Positions 1 through 9,846 of a DNA stretch of 64,000 nt are shown in pieces. The DNA is taken from NCBI GenBank assembly GCA_965662845.1, contig CBFIJD010000003.1, forward strand, positions 32,001 to 96,000. The letters run 5' to 3'. Source of the DNA: an uncultured bacterium. GTDB lineage: Bacteria; SAR324; NAC60-12. The notes beneath the pieces were generated by a model. The model ran no database searches. It worked only from the letters and a program-made list of their open reading frames with translations, and had not been told where the DNA came from. Within the stretch, counting starts at the first letter, position 1, and each line of letters opens with the position of its first letter. Both the position numbers and the translations under genes were made by a program.

Positions 1-658
1 GCGCATAGTCACCGTCGTAACAGAGCACCTGTTGCTCCCAGTCAATCTCAGCCAATTTGAGCCCGGCCGCTTCTAGCGAGAGGTTGAGCCGCTGGAGCAG
101 GCGCATGTTGCGCTCTTCACTCTGACGAATCGTGCTGAGGTCGTGCAGGAAGGCGGTGTATCCAATCTTGCCGTCTGTTTCTGTGCGAGACAGCGACAAG
201 CTCACCCAGCAACGGGAGCCATCTTTGCGCTCCAACTCCACCTCGCGAAAGGTTCCCACGATCACATCGTGGCCTGTGCAGCGATTGCGGCCAACGTAGT
301 CATCATGATGCGCTTGCAATTCGTGCGGGACCAGCATGCTCACATTGCGACCGAGCACCTCTTCTGACGTGTATCCCCACAACCTCTCGGCGGCTTTGTT
401 GTAGAACGTGACGCGATTTTCGTGGTCGATGATCACCACCGCGTCAATCGTTTGCTGCAACGTCTGGTGCACCAGCTCAGAGTCAGACGCAGGCGCAGGC
501 GCGCGGTTGTGCAGCTGTGATTGCAGTTCGTTCACGGTCGCAACCAGCGGATCATCCTCAGGATTCGCCAGCAGCGCGTCTCCTACAGAATCGGGGTTGT
601 GTGCCAGCTGCTGCAGCCGTTGCCAAAGCGCAGCGGTCAGTTGTGGGATCTCAGACAT
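1..658 (-). CDS. Heme-PAS (DosP/FixL-like) sensor protein, N-terminal part; runs off the window
   Basis: Not in the ORF track; manual translation from ATG at 658: MSEIPQ...DAVVIIDHENRVTFYNKAAERLWGYTSEEVLGRNVSMLVPHELQAHHDDYVGRNR...ELERKDGSRCWVSLSLS...AFLHD. Strongly resembles the E. coli DosP heme-PAS; frame open to position 1. Confidence 0.85.
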   Translation of the reverse strand, partial: MSEIPQLTAALWQRLQQLAHNPDSVGDALLANPEDDPLVATVNELQSQLHNRAPAPASDSELVHQTLQQTIDAVVIIDHENRVTFYNKAAERLWGYTSEEVLGRNVSMLVPHELQAHHDDYVGRNRCTGHDVIVGTFREVELERKDGSRCWVSLSLSRTETDGKIGYTAFLHDLSTIRQSEERNMRLLQRLNLSLEAAGLKLAEIDWEQQVLCYDGDYA

Positions 659-786
659 GATCACGGCTCAAGAGAGAAAAGCGGGTTGAGGGTGGTTCAC
701 CAAACTCGCGATGTACGGTGTTTTGGACGATAACGCAACAATTTTGTCACAATTCTAAAGACCGCGCTGGGCGACGCTGCGGAGGG

Positions 787-826
787 AAAAGACGCGGCCC
801 AGCCCGTCAGCCAGACTGGGCCACGT
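787..826 (-). terminator. Intrinsic terminator after the 843-1217 gene
   Basis: Minus strand ACGTGGCCCAGTCTG-gctga-CGGGCTGGGCCGCGT (15-bp stem with G-U pairs) followed by CTTTT. Confidence 0.6.
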
Positions 827-842
827 TGAGAGGAGCGGCGTG

Positions 843-1217
843 TCACTTTTTGAAAGACTTGATGCGATCGCGACAGTCGCTGAGCAAGTCGAGCATGGTT
901 CCCTCAGGGATGCCGTTTGGCCAGTCCATGAAGTGCAAAAAATAAAGCTCCAAGATGTCTTTGCGCAGCCCACGATCACGCCACATGCTATAGACATTCT
1001 CAAAATCAAACGGCAGCGGACGCTCATCCAAATCTTTGCGCTGTAAGAATTTCAACACGCTGTCGGGATAGTCCAAAATAAAGTTGCGGACGGTGTCTTC
1101 CGTAATCGGTCCTTTGCCAAAGACAATGTCTTGATCGTCGGGCAAGTCACTCACCCGATAATCTTCGGGCTTTGGCAGCTCAGCCCGCTGTTCGGGGGTA
1201 ATCTTTACATCGCTCAT
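843..1217 (-). CDS. Hypothetical protein, 124 aa
   Basis: ATG at 1217 preceded by AAAGGAG SD; protein-like composition; terminator downstream. Confidence 0.75.
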   Translation of the reverse strand: MSDVKITPEQRAELPKPEDYRVSDLPDDQDIVFGKGPITEDTVRNFILDYPDSVLKFLQRKDLDERPLPFDFENVYSMWRDRGLRKDILELYFLHFMDWPNGIPEGTMLDLLSDCRDRIKSFKK

Positions 1218-1634
1218 CGTGACTCCTTTTGTGATGGGTTTCAGCTGTGTGAGAACACGCACAGACAGGCTTCCGCTCTGTGGTGAACGTGTGGCGCAAG
1301 AGTAATAACTTGTATCTGACGTCGGACACAAGTCGGGAGGCGCGTTTCCTCTCCGAGAGCTTACTGTCGTGATGACATTCTCGCGAAGTCCAACGTATTT
1401 TTTTCAGAAGAGCGCGCGCTGCCACACCGCAGGAAGCCGGCCCAGCAGCCGACACACGCCCCTCTGCTCTTTGCAAGGCCCCCCAAGGCGCGCTGGAATG
1501 GCGGGCCTGGGTGCCGCGTTGATCGCCCACATGCTTTTACAAACGTCGTCGGGCACAAGCTTGCATCTTGCAAGGTGACTCTCTAAGTTGTCACTTTTTA
1601 GGGGTTCCTCACTTTTCCTTACACGAGATGCGCT

Positions 1635-2057
1635 ATGCACAAAGTCCTTTTGATGGAAGACGACCGCGACTTGCTAAACACGCTCACCGACTTCTTGCAA
1701 GACGTTGGCTATGAGGTCGTCGCCGCAGAAAACGGACGAGAGGGGATGAAGATCATCTATAGTCAGCCCGACGACGCGCCGATCAAAGGGGTGGTTACAG
1801 ATGTGAAGATGCCGTTTTACGATGGATTTGACGTCATCGTAGAGTTGAAGCGGACTCGCCCCAAGATGCCTGTCATAGCGTTGACAGGCGGCGGAGACTA
1901 TCGCGGAGTCGACATTGAGACCGAGCTCGCGCGGCTGGACATCACAGGCTATTACATCAAGCCCACTTCGATGCTGCCCCTCGTTGCAAAGTTGAACGCT
2001 GCGATCGAGAAGAACGACCAAGAAGCCGCCGAGGAAGCCGCGAACAACGCGGGCTGA
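1635..2057 (+). CDS. Single-domain response regulator (CheY-like)
   Basis: LLMEDD, VTDVKMP (phospho-Asp), ALTG, IKP receiver motifs. Confidence 0.9.
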   Translation: MHKVLLMEDDRDLLNTLTDFLQDVGYEVVAAENGREGMKIIYSQPDDAPIKGVVTDVKMPFYDGFDVIVELKRTRPKMPVIALTGGGDYRGVDIETELARLDITGYYIKPTSMLPLVAKLNAAIEKNDQEAAEEAANNAG

Positions 2058-2061
2058 GGCA

Positions 2062-2925
2062 ATGATGCACTACTACCTCGGCTGCCCTGAATGGAGCCGC
2101 TCCGAATGGAAGGGCTCGCTCTTCCCAACCGACGCCCGCCCCGCACAGTTTCTCTCCCACTACGCCCAAACCTTCTCTTGTGTCGAAGGCAACACCACGT
2201 TCTACGCCTTGCCTCGCGCCGAAATCGTCCAACGCTGGCGCGAAGAGACCCCTCCCCACTTTCGCTTCTGTTTCAAGTTTCACAAGAGCATCAGCCACGA
2301 CAAGCGCCTGCAAAACGCCGAGGACGCGACGCAGCATTTCTTGCGCACACTCGCTCCGCTAGAAGACCGCCTGGGGCCGTTGTTTTTGCAGCTTCCCGCT
2401 GACTTCGGGCGCAATCGGTTACCGCTGCTACAAGCCTTTCTGGAACAGCTCCCCCAAGAGTTCCGCTATGCCGTCGAAGTCCGCAACCTCGCCTATTTTG
2501 ATGAAAGAGACACCGAGCGGGCATTTGATGAGCTTTTGCAGCGGCTCAACATCGGGCGAGTTCTGTTCGACACCCGTGAGCTGATGGCCTGCCATGACAA
2601 CGACGCGTCCACCCACGACGCACAACGCAAGAAGCCCAAAGTTCCGGTGCGCTTTACCGCCACCAGTGACGCCCCTTTTGTTCGCTTTGTGGGCCACCCT
2701 GAAAACGCGAAGAATCATCTTGTGTTGCGCGACTGGGCTGAGCGCGTGGTCGAGTGGATTCGTGAGGGCCGCCGTCCTTACGTCTTCTTGCACACGCCAG
2801 CGGACAACATCTTGGCGCCCCAGCTAGCCCAGGATTTCCATGGTTTTGTGAGGGAGCGCCTCCCAGAGGTCCCTGAACTTCCAGGAGCGGTCTTGTCTGC
2901 TGCCGAACAGCTGTCGCTCTTTTAG
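2062..2925 (+). CDS. DUF72 (YecE-like) protein
   Basis: GCPEW, VEGNTTFYALP, FCFKF, LFLQLP, AVEVR, FVRFVG, FLHTP motifs. Confidence 0.9.
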   Translation: MMHYYLGCPEWSRSEWKGSLFPTDARPAQFLSHYAQTFSCVEGNTTFYALPRAEIVQRWREETPPHFRFCFKFHKSISHDKRLQNAEDATQHFLRTLAPLEDRLGPLFLQLPADFGRNRLPLLQAFLEQLPQEFRYAVEVRNLAYFDERDTERAFDELLQRLNIGRVLFDTRELMACHDNDASTHDAQRKKPKVPVRFTATSDAPFVRFVGHPENAKNHLVLRDWAERVVEWIREGRRPYVFLHTPADNILAPQLAQDFHGFVRERLPEVPELPGAVLSAAEQLSLF

Positions 2926-2962
2926 CGCAGCAGCGGCTGTGTCTTGAAGTAGGTGAGGCTAG

Positions 2963-3646
2963 CTATTGAGGAGGCAAAGGGAGAGTGGGCCCGTTCAAGT
3001 GCCCAGTTTTGATGAGTAACAGCGCGCCTTCGGGGCCGGTCTCTGGGGCGTGAGCAGAGCCATCGGGCAGGCGCAGCCACGCTCCGGCAGAGTATTCTCC
3101 AGCAGCGTCAAAGAAGGCACCACGCACGACATAAGTCTCTTCGCCTCCTGCGTGTTTGTGATGCGGGAGTTGGCGATGCGGTTCCGACTCCAGCAGCCGC
3201 GTCACCGTTTCGCCATGCCGGTGCACGACCAACTCGCGGCTGCCCAGCCGAGGGCGTGGCTTCCAAGTTGCGAGGTTCGTGTCAATGCGCACCGCCTGTT
3301 CGTCATCTGGCGCGAACTGCCACAACTTCACAAAAATGACACACCCCTCACGAGAAAACGGCGCGTGCGATGAGCCTGGTGGATTGCGCAAATAGCTACC
3401 TGCTGGATAATCACCATGCTCATCGGAGAACACCCCTTCGAGCACATAAATCTCCTCACCGCCGCCGTGCACATGCGAGGGAAACGCCGTGCCGGGTAAG
3501 TAGCGCACAATGCTGGTAGCTCGCGCGACTTCTCCCCCAATGCGATCGAGCATGCGACGCTCGATCCCGGCTTCTGGCGATGGGATCCACCGCGCGCTTG
3601 CTGCTGAAGCCACCACTCGTTGCGAAAAATCAGCGTTCACTTCCAT
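2963..3646 (-). CDS. ChrR-like tandem cupin protein (no N-terminal anti-sigma domain)
   Basis: RRMLDRIGGEVARATSIVRY, HVHGGGEEI, NPPGSSHAP, second cupin HKHAGGEE. Confidence 0.85.
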   Translation of the reverse strand: MEVNADFSQRVVASAASARWIPSPEAGIERRMLDRIGGEVARATSIVRYLPGTAFPSHVHGGGEEIYVLEGVFSDEHGDYPAGSYLRNPPGSSHAPFSREGCVIFVKLWQFAPDDEQAVRIDTNLATWKPRPRLGSRELVVHRHGETVTRLLESEPHRQLPHHKHAGGEETYVVRGAFFDAAGEYSAGAWLRLPDGSAHAPETGPEGALLLIKTGHLNGPTLPLPPQ

Positions 3647-3696
3647 TTGTTGCTCTCCTTCAAAATTGCGCTCTGCTTCTCAGCTCCACACTGCTT

Positions 3697-4395
3697 ATGT
3701 TTGACCTAACGATTCTCTACGAAGACAACCACCTGCTCGTGGTTGATAAGCCCGTCAACCTGCTCTCCCAGGCTGACCACAGCGGCGACCCCGACCTTTT
3801 GAACCAGCTCAAAGAGTTGATCAAAGTCCGTGACGCCAAACCGGGGAACGTTTTTCTCGGATTAGTGCATCGTCTCGACCGCCCTGTTGGAGGCGCGATG
3901 CTGTTCGCGAAGACCTCCAAAGCCGCGTCCCGATTGGCAGAACAGCTCCGCAATCGCACCCTGCGCAAGCACTATCTCGCGGTGGTGCATGGCGATGTGG
4001 CCGCCTCCGCCGACACACTCTGCGACTGGCTGCTCAAGGATCGTGCGCACAATCTTGTCCGCGTTGTTGCGCCACAGACTTCTCAGGCCCAAGAAGCCAT
4101 TCTGCATTTTGAACGCCTCGCCACCCAAGGCCCCTACTCGTTGCTGCGCGTGGAGCTTGAGACGGGGCGCCCGCATCAAATTCGTGTGCAGCTCGCTCAC
4201 GCAGGCCACCCGCTGTTGGGAGATCATCGCTATGGCCGCAGAGACAAAGCCTCCACGCCGGCGCTGTGGTCACACAAACTGGAGTGGAAGCACCCCACTC
4301 GCGACGAGACTTTGCACGTGCTCAGCTGGCCCCCGCTCCAGTTTCCGTGGGGGAACTTTCCCATTCTCCAAACGGATCTGATCCCTGCTGAATGA
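3697..4395 (+). CDS. RluA-family RNA pseudouridine synthase
   Basis: ILYEDNHLLVVDKP, VHRLDRPVGG (catalytic Asp), ETGRPHQIRVQ, LLGDHRYG; start moved to ATG 3697. Confidence 0.92.
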   Translation: MFDLTILYEDNHLLVVDKPVNLLSQADHSGDPDLLNQLKELIKVRDAKPGNVFLGLVHRLDRPVGGAMLFAKTSKAASRLAEQLRNRTLRKHYLAVVHGDVAASADTLCDWLLKDRAHNLVRVVAPQTSQAQEAILHFERLATQGPYSLLRVELETGRPHQIRVQLAHAGHPLLGDHRYGRRDKASTPALWSHKLEWKHPTRDETLHVLSWPPLQFPWGNFPILQTDLIPAE

Positions 4396-4479
4396 GGCAT
4401 TCTCCACGCGCTCTAAGCGGCGCCAGCGTGTCACTGTAACTGCAACTGTAACTCTTGGCAGCACGGACGCCGCTCGCGC

Positions 4480-7400
4480 TCAGTTGGGCTGCGGGAAGCT
4501 GAGGCTGCGCTTGACCACCTCTTCAAAGCCAGAGTTGCGCAACTTCTGATAGTCGCTCTGGTGGATATAAAAGTAGTCGTTGACCTGAAACCCGGTGGTT
4601 GTGACAAGCGACTGCTGCACAGGCACCTGAAACCGGTCAAAGCTGTCGGCCATGCGATAGAAAATCAACGGAGCGTCCTCGAGCGTGAGCTTCACCCGCA
4701 AGAAGGGTTGCGAGAGCCGCTGGAACTTGCCGGCGGTGTCTTCTTGCACAATGTAGCCTTTGTCGTCATCTCCCAAGAACTCCAGGTGCAACCGCGGGTT
4801 ATACAAAAAGCCTTGCTTCTCCGTCGCGATCGGTGGCGGCGAATCATACAAGATCGATTGCTCTAACTCGCGAGGGAACAACATCGCCGAGGACTTCGCA
4901 GTGATTTGAAAATAGTAGCAATAGCCACAAGTCCCGTCCGCGAAGTGGACTTTGTTCATTTTGCCCGCCTCGATGTTCAAATGTCGCAGGCTCAGCGCAT
5001 ACGCGACACGGCTGTGAATCTGGGGCGCCTCTCGCACGTAGATCAGCAACCCTGTTGGGCGACCACGCGGGTTGGTGACCACGCTGACCGTCGCTTCTGT
5101 GTCCCAGCAATTCTCAAAGCGCAGCAGCTGTTGGGCGAGCACTTCCGGTTTCGCGCTCAGCAAGAACCGGTTGGGAAACGTCGCAAAAAACCAGTCCATC
5201 TGGCGTTGGTAGTTGGCAATCAGTTGGTCAAGCGTCTCGGCGCTCACATGCTGCCGAATGCTGCGGATCAATTTTTCCGTGGTTTGGTCCGTCCCTTTCT
5301 CATCTAGCGAGCCCATCTTGAGGTGGCGCCACAGCTTCTCCATCTCTTCGCGATCGCGCAGCAACCGCTCATGCTCTTGTGGTTGTAGTCTCGCCACAGG
5401 AGAGAACAGCGCGTCATCCAAGGTGCTCTGCAAGCTCTGCTGAATCAGCAAGTTGATGCGCGTGTCAAATTCGAGGTCTTGCTTCTTTTTGTCCAAGTAG
5501 TTGTTGATCGCTTCCATTGGGTCGTGGGGATATCCGTTGGAGCGCATTTCGGTATACACCCGATAGGTTTCTTCAAAGAAGTTGCGCAGCGGCCGCGTGT
5601 CTTTCGCGGTCACGTCGCTCACCGAGCGATAGTCCGAGAGGTTCACTAAATAGAGCAAAATCACGTTCACTAGGTCACGGTTTGCGATCTCAAAAAACTG
5701 TTGCACGGCTTGGTCAAAATAAGCCGAGGTCTTGCTCAGGCGCGCTACCGTCATGTGATGCACAATCAGCAACGAGATCAGACTAAACAGCTCCGGGTCG
5801 TTGTAGCCTAGGCGCTCCAGCGCGCGCACGGCCATCGACGTCCCTGAGATTTGGTGGCGGGTGCTCGGATCAATCTTGCCCACATCATGGAACAACATCG
5901 ACCACTTCAGCGCCAAGATGTGCTTGGGTTTCAAGTGCTGATGCAACTCGGGATATTGTCGCTTCAACGTGCCCAGCTCCTCTTCGGCGGCCTCCACGGC
6001 GTTGAGCGAGTGCACACAGACCGGGTGCTGATGATAGGTCAGGTTTCGCAGCAGAAAGCGCATTTGGTTGCACTCGGGGATAAAGCGACCCAGCAGCGTA
6101 TCGGGCACCAACGCTTGCTCTGCTGCTCCCTCGAAACAAGAAGGGTCGTTCATGCCAATCGGGTCATGGATCTCAAGCATGATCCGCAGTGCGCGGTCTA
6201 CATAAGGCGTCATCATCAACTCTGAGAATTTCTCGGTCATCTCAGGCGCCTTGTCCCGAATGAGGTCGGTCGTGAGCGTCTGGAGCACATCGGCCATTTC
6301 GTCTTTGAGCTCAAAAGCGAGGTCATAGCCCATCTTGCCAATGTAAATGAACAAGTCCATCAGGCGCAGCGGATCGCTAAAAATCAGGCGCAGCGGGACT
6401 TGTGGCATGCCTTCTAGGGCGTTGATTTCCACAATCCGTCGTCGGCGCAGATAGACGGTCACTTGGAACATCTGAAACGTCCGCACCACCTTACGCTCTA
6501 GGATGTTGCGCACTAGCGCACGCGAAAGCTCTTGGATGTTGTGCTGCATCAAGAGGCGGAAGCGGTCAAAGTCATCCACGTTGCGGAAGCGGCGCTTTTT
6601 CAGCAGATACAACCGCTCCATGTTGTCGTTGATCACGTTGGGCTCTAGCCCCGTTTCGTGGCAGCCGGAATCCCGTGCTTCTTCATCAAAGTAATATTCT
6701 TGAGCAACGCCGGTGAAGTTGCGGATGTCATACGTAAACTCCAACGCTTGGCAGAGTTTGTATGCTTGGCGAGGGGTGAGCAAGCGACGCTTGAGCAGCA
6801 ACGCCAGCATCTCCACGGTGTAGGAAGGGAACTCTCCAAATGTAGCGGCGGCGATCCACAAGGGGACTTGCAGTGACCGCAAACCGCCCAGATCGTTCTT
6901 CAAATCGGCTTGGTTGAGTTGAGGCCGCGCCTGCGTCAGGTACGTCTCGAGCTTTTCCATCACATACGGTTCATACGGCAAAATCGCGAAGAAGTGCTGC
7001 TTGAGGGCATCGGCGAGCCGTTGGCTGCCCACCAACACGCGGCTCTCCAAAATCGAGGGGATCGTCTGGAGCATTCCACCTTGCTGAAAACGCTCGAAAT
7101 CCTCGTCAATTTCAAAATATTGGTGCGCTGTCACTACGCGCGCGACGTTCAGCAGCGTCTCAATGCGAATCACGAGCTGGCGAATGATCTCCGCTTCTCC
7201 GGCTTCCAAATGCGCCGTATCTAGGCAGTAGCCCAAGTCCCGATCAGACGCGAAGCTCAGCTCACCGCGCCCATATCCTCCACGCGCCAAGATGACCAAG
7301 TGCGCTTCCACAAACGCACGATCGATAGGGCAATCCTTCGCGGTGCGCAGCAGAGCTGCTAAGGTCGCAGTGCGTTCTTCATGTTCGGCGATGTCGGCAG

Positions 7401-7950
7401 CCAGATCGGAGCAAATCTTTTGATAATACTTCCGCATCTCGCGAGCTTCTCGGTTGGCTTCGCCGTTGGCTAATCGCTCCGTCTCGGCTTGTACGCGGCT
7501 CAGCTTCTCGCGTTTTTCGGGCAGGATGCGTTGTTTGTAATGAAATTCTTTCTCCATCTCCTGCACATGAATTTCTTGCAACGTCGGCAAGTCGGCGAGT
7601 GCATAGCAAAACACCGCTTGGATAATGCTGTCCATCAGCGTGGTGTTGTAGGCCAAGATTTCAAATGAGTTGCTTGTCTCCAAATTTCGGGCGACGATCT
7701 TTTCCTTCTCAGTCAAATAGAACTCGTGCACAATCTCTCCGCACCGCCGCTCACGCCATGCCAGCATCTCGAACGCTAACAAATCGGGAGCGTCATCGGG
7801 GTCGTCTAACCGCGCACGCAGTCGCTGTAGATAGTCTGTCGTCAGCTGATCTCGGTTTTGCAGCCGGAAGGGCTCCAAGAACGGATAGTGTTCCACAGCG
7901 TTGAGCAGCTGCTGCTGCATGGAGGGGCTTGCGTGCTCTGATTTGTTCAT
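4480..7950 (-). CDS. glnD: GlnD-like [protein-PII] uridylyltransferase/uridylyl-removing enzyme
   Basis: NTase motif ARGGYGRGELSFASDRD, DLKNDLGGLR, HD region YHQHPVCVH...LFHDVGK, C-terminal ACT-like ending VNDYFYI. Start uncertain (7950 or 8007). Confidence 0.75.
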   Translation of the reverse strand: MNKSEHASPSMQQQLLNAVEHYPFLEPFRLQNRDQLTTDYLQRLRARLDDPDDAPDLLAFEMLAWRERRCGEIVHEFYLTEKEKIVARNLETSNSFEILAYNTTLMDSIIQAVFCYALADLPTLQEIHVQEMEKEFHYKQRILPEKREKLSRVQAETERLANGEANREAREMRKYYQKICSDLAADIAEHEERTATLAALLRTAKDCPIDRAFVEAHLVILARGGYGRGELSFASDRDLGYCLDTAHLEAGEAEIIRQLVIRIETLLNVARVVTAHQYFEIDEDFERFQQGGMLQTIPSILESRVLVGSQRLADALKQHFFAILPYEPYVMEKLETYLTQARPQLNQADLKNDLGGLRSLQVPLWIAAATFGEFPSYTVEMLALLLKRRLLTPRQAYKLCQALEFTYDIRNFTGVAQEYYFDEEARDSGCHETGLEPNVINDNMERLYLLKKRRFRNVDDFDRFRLLMQHNIQELSRALVRNILERKVVRTFQMFQVTVYLRRRRIVEINALEGMPQVPLRLIFSDPLRLMDLFIYIGKMGYDLAFELKDEMADVLQTLTTDLIRDKAPEMTEKFSELMMTPYVDRALRIMLEIHDPIGMNDPSCFEGAAEQALVPDTLLGRFIPECNQMRFLLRNLTYHQHPVCVHSLNAVEAAEEELGTLKRQYPELHQHLKPKHILALKWSMLFHDVGKIDPSTRHQISGTSMAVRALERLGYNDPELFSLISLLIVHHMTVARLSKTSAYFDQAVQQFFEIANRDLVNVILLYLVNLSDYRSVSDVTAKDTRPLRNFFEETYRVYTEMRSNGYPHDPMEAINNYLDKKKQDLEFDTRINLLIQQSLQSTLDDALFSPVARLQPQEHERLLRDREEMEKLWRHLKMGSLDEKGTDQTTEKLIRSIRQHVSAETLDQLIANYQRQMDWFFATFPNRFLLSAKPEVLAQQLLRFENCWDTEATVSVVTNPRGRPTGLLIYVREAPQIHSRVAYALSLRHLNIEAGKMNKVHFADGTCGYCYYFQITAKSSAMLFPRELEQSILYDSPPPIATEKQGFLYNPRLHLEFLGDDDKGYIVQEDTAGKFQRLSQPFLRVKLTLEDAPLIFYRMADSFDRFQVPVQQSLVTTTGFQVNDYFYIHQSDYQKLRNSGFEEVVKRSLSFPQPN

Positions 7951-8147
7951 GAAAAGCGTATCCTTTTGTTGAAGCAGAAAACCTTTTTCGTACGTCAGGT
8001 ATTTCAAGTTTTGGTTTTTCTGTTATGTATTCGGGCGCACATCCTTTTCACCCAGACTCCACCGGTCTCTAAGCCTCTCTGTCCTTCGAGGCATGCACTT
8101 GGTTTTCCGGACCCACCCAATCGCCAAAATCGGGAGTTAACGCCACC

Positions 8148-9413
8148 ATGGATTACGAATCCTCTTTTGCTCAGCCTAGCCAAGATTTCTCACTTGACCT
8201 GCCGCACTTAGACTTCATGCGTCTGCAGAGTGATGTTTACGATGCGATCACAGAGATTCGCAAGCAGCAGGGTTTTTCTATCATACAAAAACTCATGGGA
8301 ATGATTTTTGGCAAGAAGACTGTGGAGCACAGCGAGACGCTCAATGCCGCTTACTTCGCAGACGTTGAGGGTGGGAAGTCTACCCGCGAGTTGATCGCTC
8401 AACTTGAAGAGAATCCCGCGCGCTGCCAAGTTCGCTCAAACCTCGTGAAAAATTTATTGGAGAAGAAAAAGAGCTACGAAATCACGACGTATCGCCAGAT
8501 GCTCTTGCAGTCTTGTCTCTCGCTTTACGTCGGCGGCACCAGCCCCCGCAACCTGCAAACTGCGGGGCAGATGTATTTGCACTATCTCCGGCAAGTTGCC
8601 GAGATGAACAAGAAAAAGTTGCTGAGTGTGCGTTCAGATCAGCTAAAGACCATCGACGTGAGCCGCATCTCGATGGATGACATGAACAAAGATTTAGAAG
8701 GCTTGGAACCAGAAGATGTCTCCACGCTCCACGAGCTAAACCTCTCGCTGCACCTCTTGGAACGCAACAAAGAGTTGATCAGCCAGATGATCACCAGCAT
8801 CTCGATTCCTCTGGATCTCTCGGAATTGAATCGCTTAGACCCCAAAGTCAGCGGAGAGCGATCTTTCCTCGGCGAGAACGGTGGCGGCAGCGGCATCAAC
8901 GAGAAAGAAACCATCATCATCCGTAAGGCGACCGCCATTGTGGACGTGATGCGCTACATCCTCCCCCTTCACAGTCTCGGCATTAGCATCTCGCGTCGCC
9001 TCCAAGCCATTGAACCAGCGATTCCTCAGCATTATTTGCTAGAAGCCCGCATTCGCACGGAAGCGTTCAGCACACTTTTGCTCCGCATGGAACTCAAGCA
9101 ACCGGTGAAACAGCACCTCTATCCCACTTACAAAAAAATGATGGAGGCCTACTATAAGGCGTTCAAACGCACGTCGAAATCGACACCGGACGCCAAGGAG
9201 TTCGCGATCTTCTCTGAGTTTGCGCAGGCGGCTTACCTCGCTCACCTACATCGCAAAAACTTAGGGCTGGAGTCTTCACACGTTGCCGAAATGTTGAAAG
9301 ACGCCAAACAAGCGGTAGACCTCGCGATGGTGATCGAACCGCACCCCAACCAACGCAAGATGCAAGCGCGCATCAACGAGCAATTGCAGGACTACGGAGT
9401 CACCCCCGAGTAG
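8148..9413 (+). CDS. Hypothetical alpha-helical protein, 421 aa
   Basis: Long ORF with GGGAG SD, divergent from glnD-like; no recognisable motif. Confidence 0.8.
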   Translation: MDYESSFAQPSQDFSLDLPHLDFMRLQSDVYDAITEIRKQQGFSIIQKLMGMIFGKKTVEHSETLNAAYFADVEGGKSTRELIAQLEENPARCQVRSNLVKNLLEKKKSYEITTYRQMLLQSCLSLYVGGTSPRNLQTAGQMYLHYLRQVAEMNKKKLLSVRSDQLKTIDVSRISMDDMNKDLEGLEPEDVSTLHELNLSLHLLERNKELISQMITSISIPLDLSELNRLDPKVSGERSFLGENGGGSGINEKETIIIRKATAIVDVMRYILPLHSLGISISRRLQAIEPAIPQHYLLEARIRTEAFSTLLLRMELKQPVKQHLYPTYKKMMEAYYKAFKRTSKSTPDAKEFAIFSEFAQAAYLAHLHRKNLGLESSHVAEMLKDAKQAVDLAMVIEPHPNQRKMQARINEQLQDYGVTPE

Positions 9414-9558
9414 CCAACCCCCTCGGAATATTCGTTGCATTACGCACAAACTCCCTGCGTCAGGATGAACGCAATCCTTTCGTCATGGGCGAGTAGAATG
9501 GACTCTACTGCCGTGACCGCATGCAAAAGCCCAAGGCTTTTTGTCACACAGGTCTCTG

Positions 9559-9846
9559 ATGAAGCAGAAGTTGTTGCCCTACCTACTCGGCTCTACGCTG
9601 CTCTGGGCACTCCCCGTCGGGGCGCAACAGGCGCAGCCTAGCGTAGACGAAGACACCATCCGCCGCGCCGCACAGAACATTTCCTACGAACAGACCAACG
9701 AGCGCGGGCTCTATCTTGAGCCCAACACCGAAACGCGGAACATGCCGCACGCTCGCAGCATCTATCCCGAATCCCCCCTAGGCCGCACCCTGCCTCCAAC
9801 CGTCTTCTATGGTGGCATCCCCAAAGTTACCGGCAAAGGCGGCTGA
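9559..9846 (+). CDS. Small exported hypothetical protein, 95 aa
   Basis: MKQKLLPYLLGSTLLWALPVGA signal-peptide-like N-terminus. Confidence 0.65.
   Translation: MKQKLLPYLLGSTLLWALPVGAQQAQPSVDEDTIRRAAQNISYEQTNERGLYLEPNTETRNMPHARSIYPESPLGRTLPPTVFYGGIPKVTGKGG

Noticed and set aside
1550..1565. Sigma54-like GGCACAAGCTTGC
   Set aside because: GGCAC-to-TTGC spacing is one base short.
2963..3646. True ChrR anti-sigma / sigmaE singlet-oxygen module
   Set aside because: Cupin domains only; no zinc anti-sigma domain and no adjacent ECF sigma.
4433..4453. ACTG(T/C)A hexamer repeat between convergent genes
   Set aside because: Only about three copies; could be chance.
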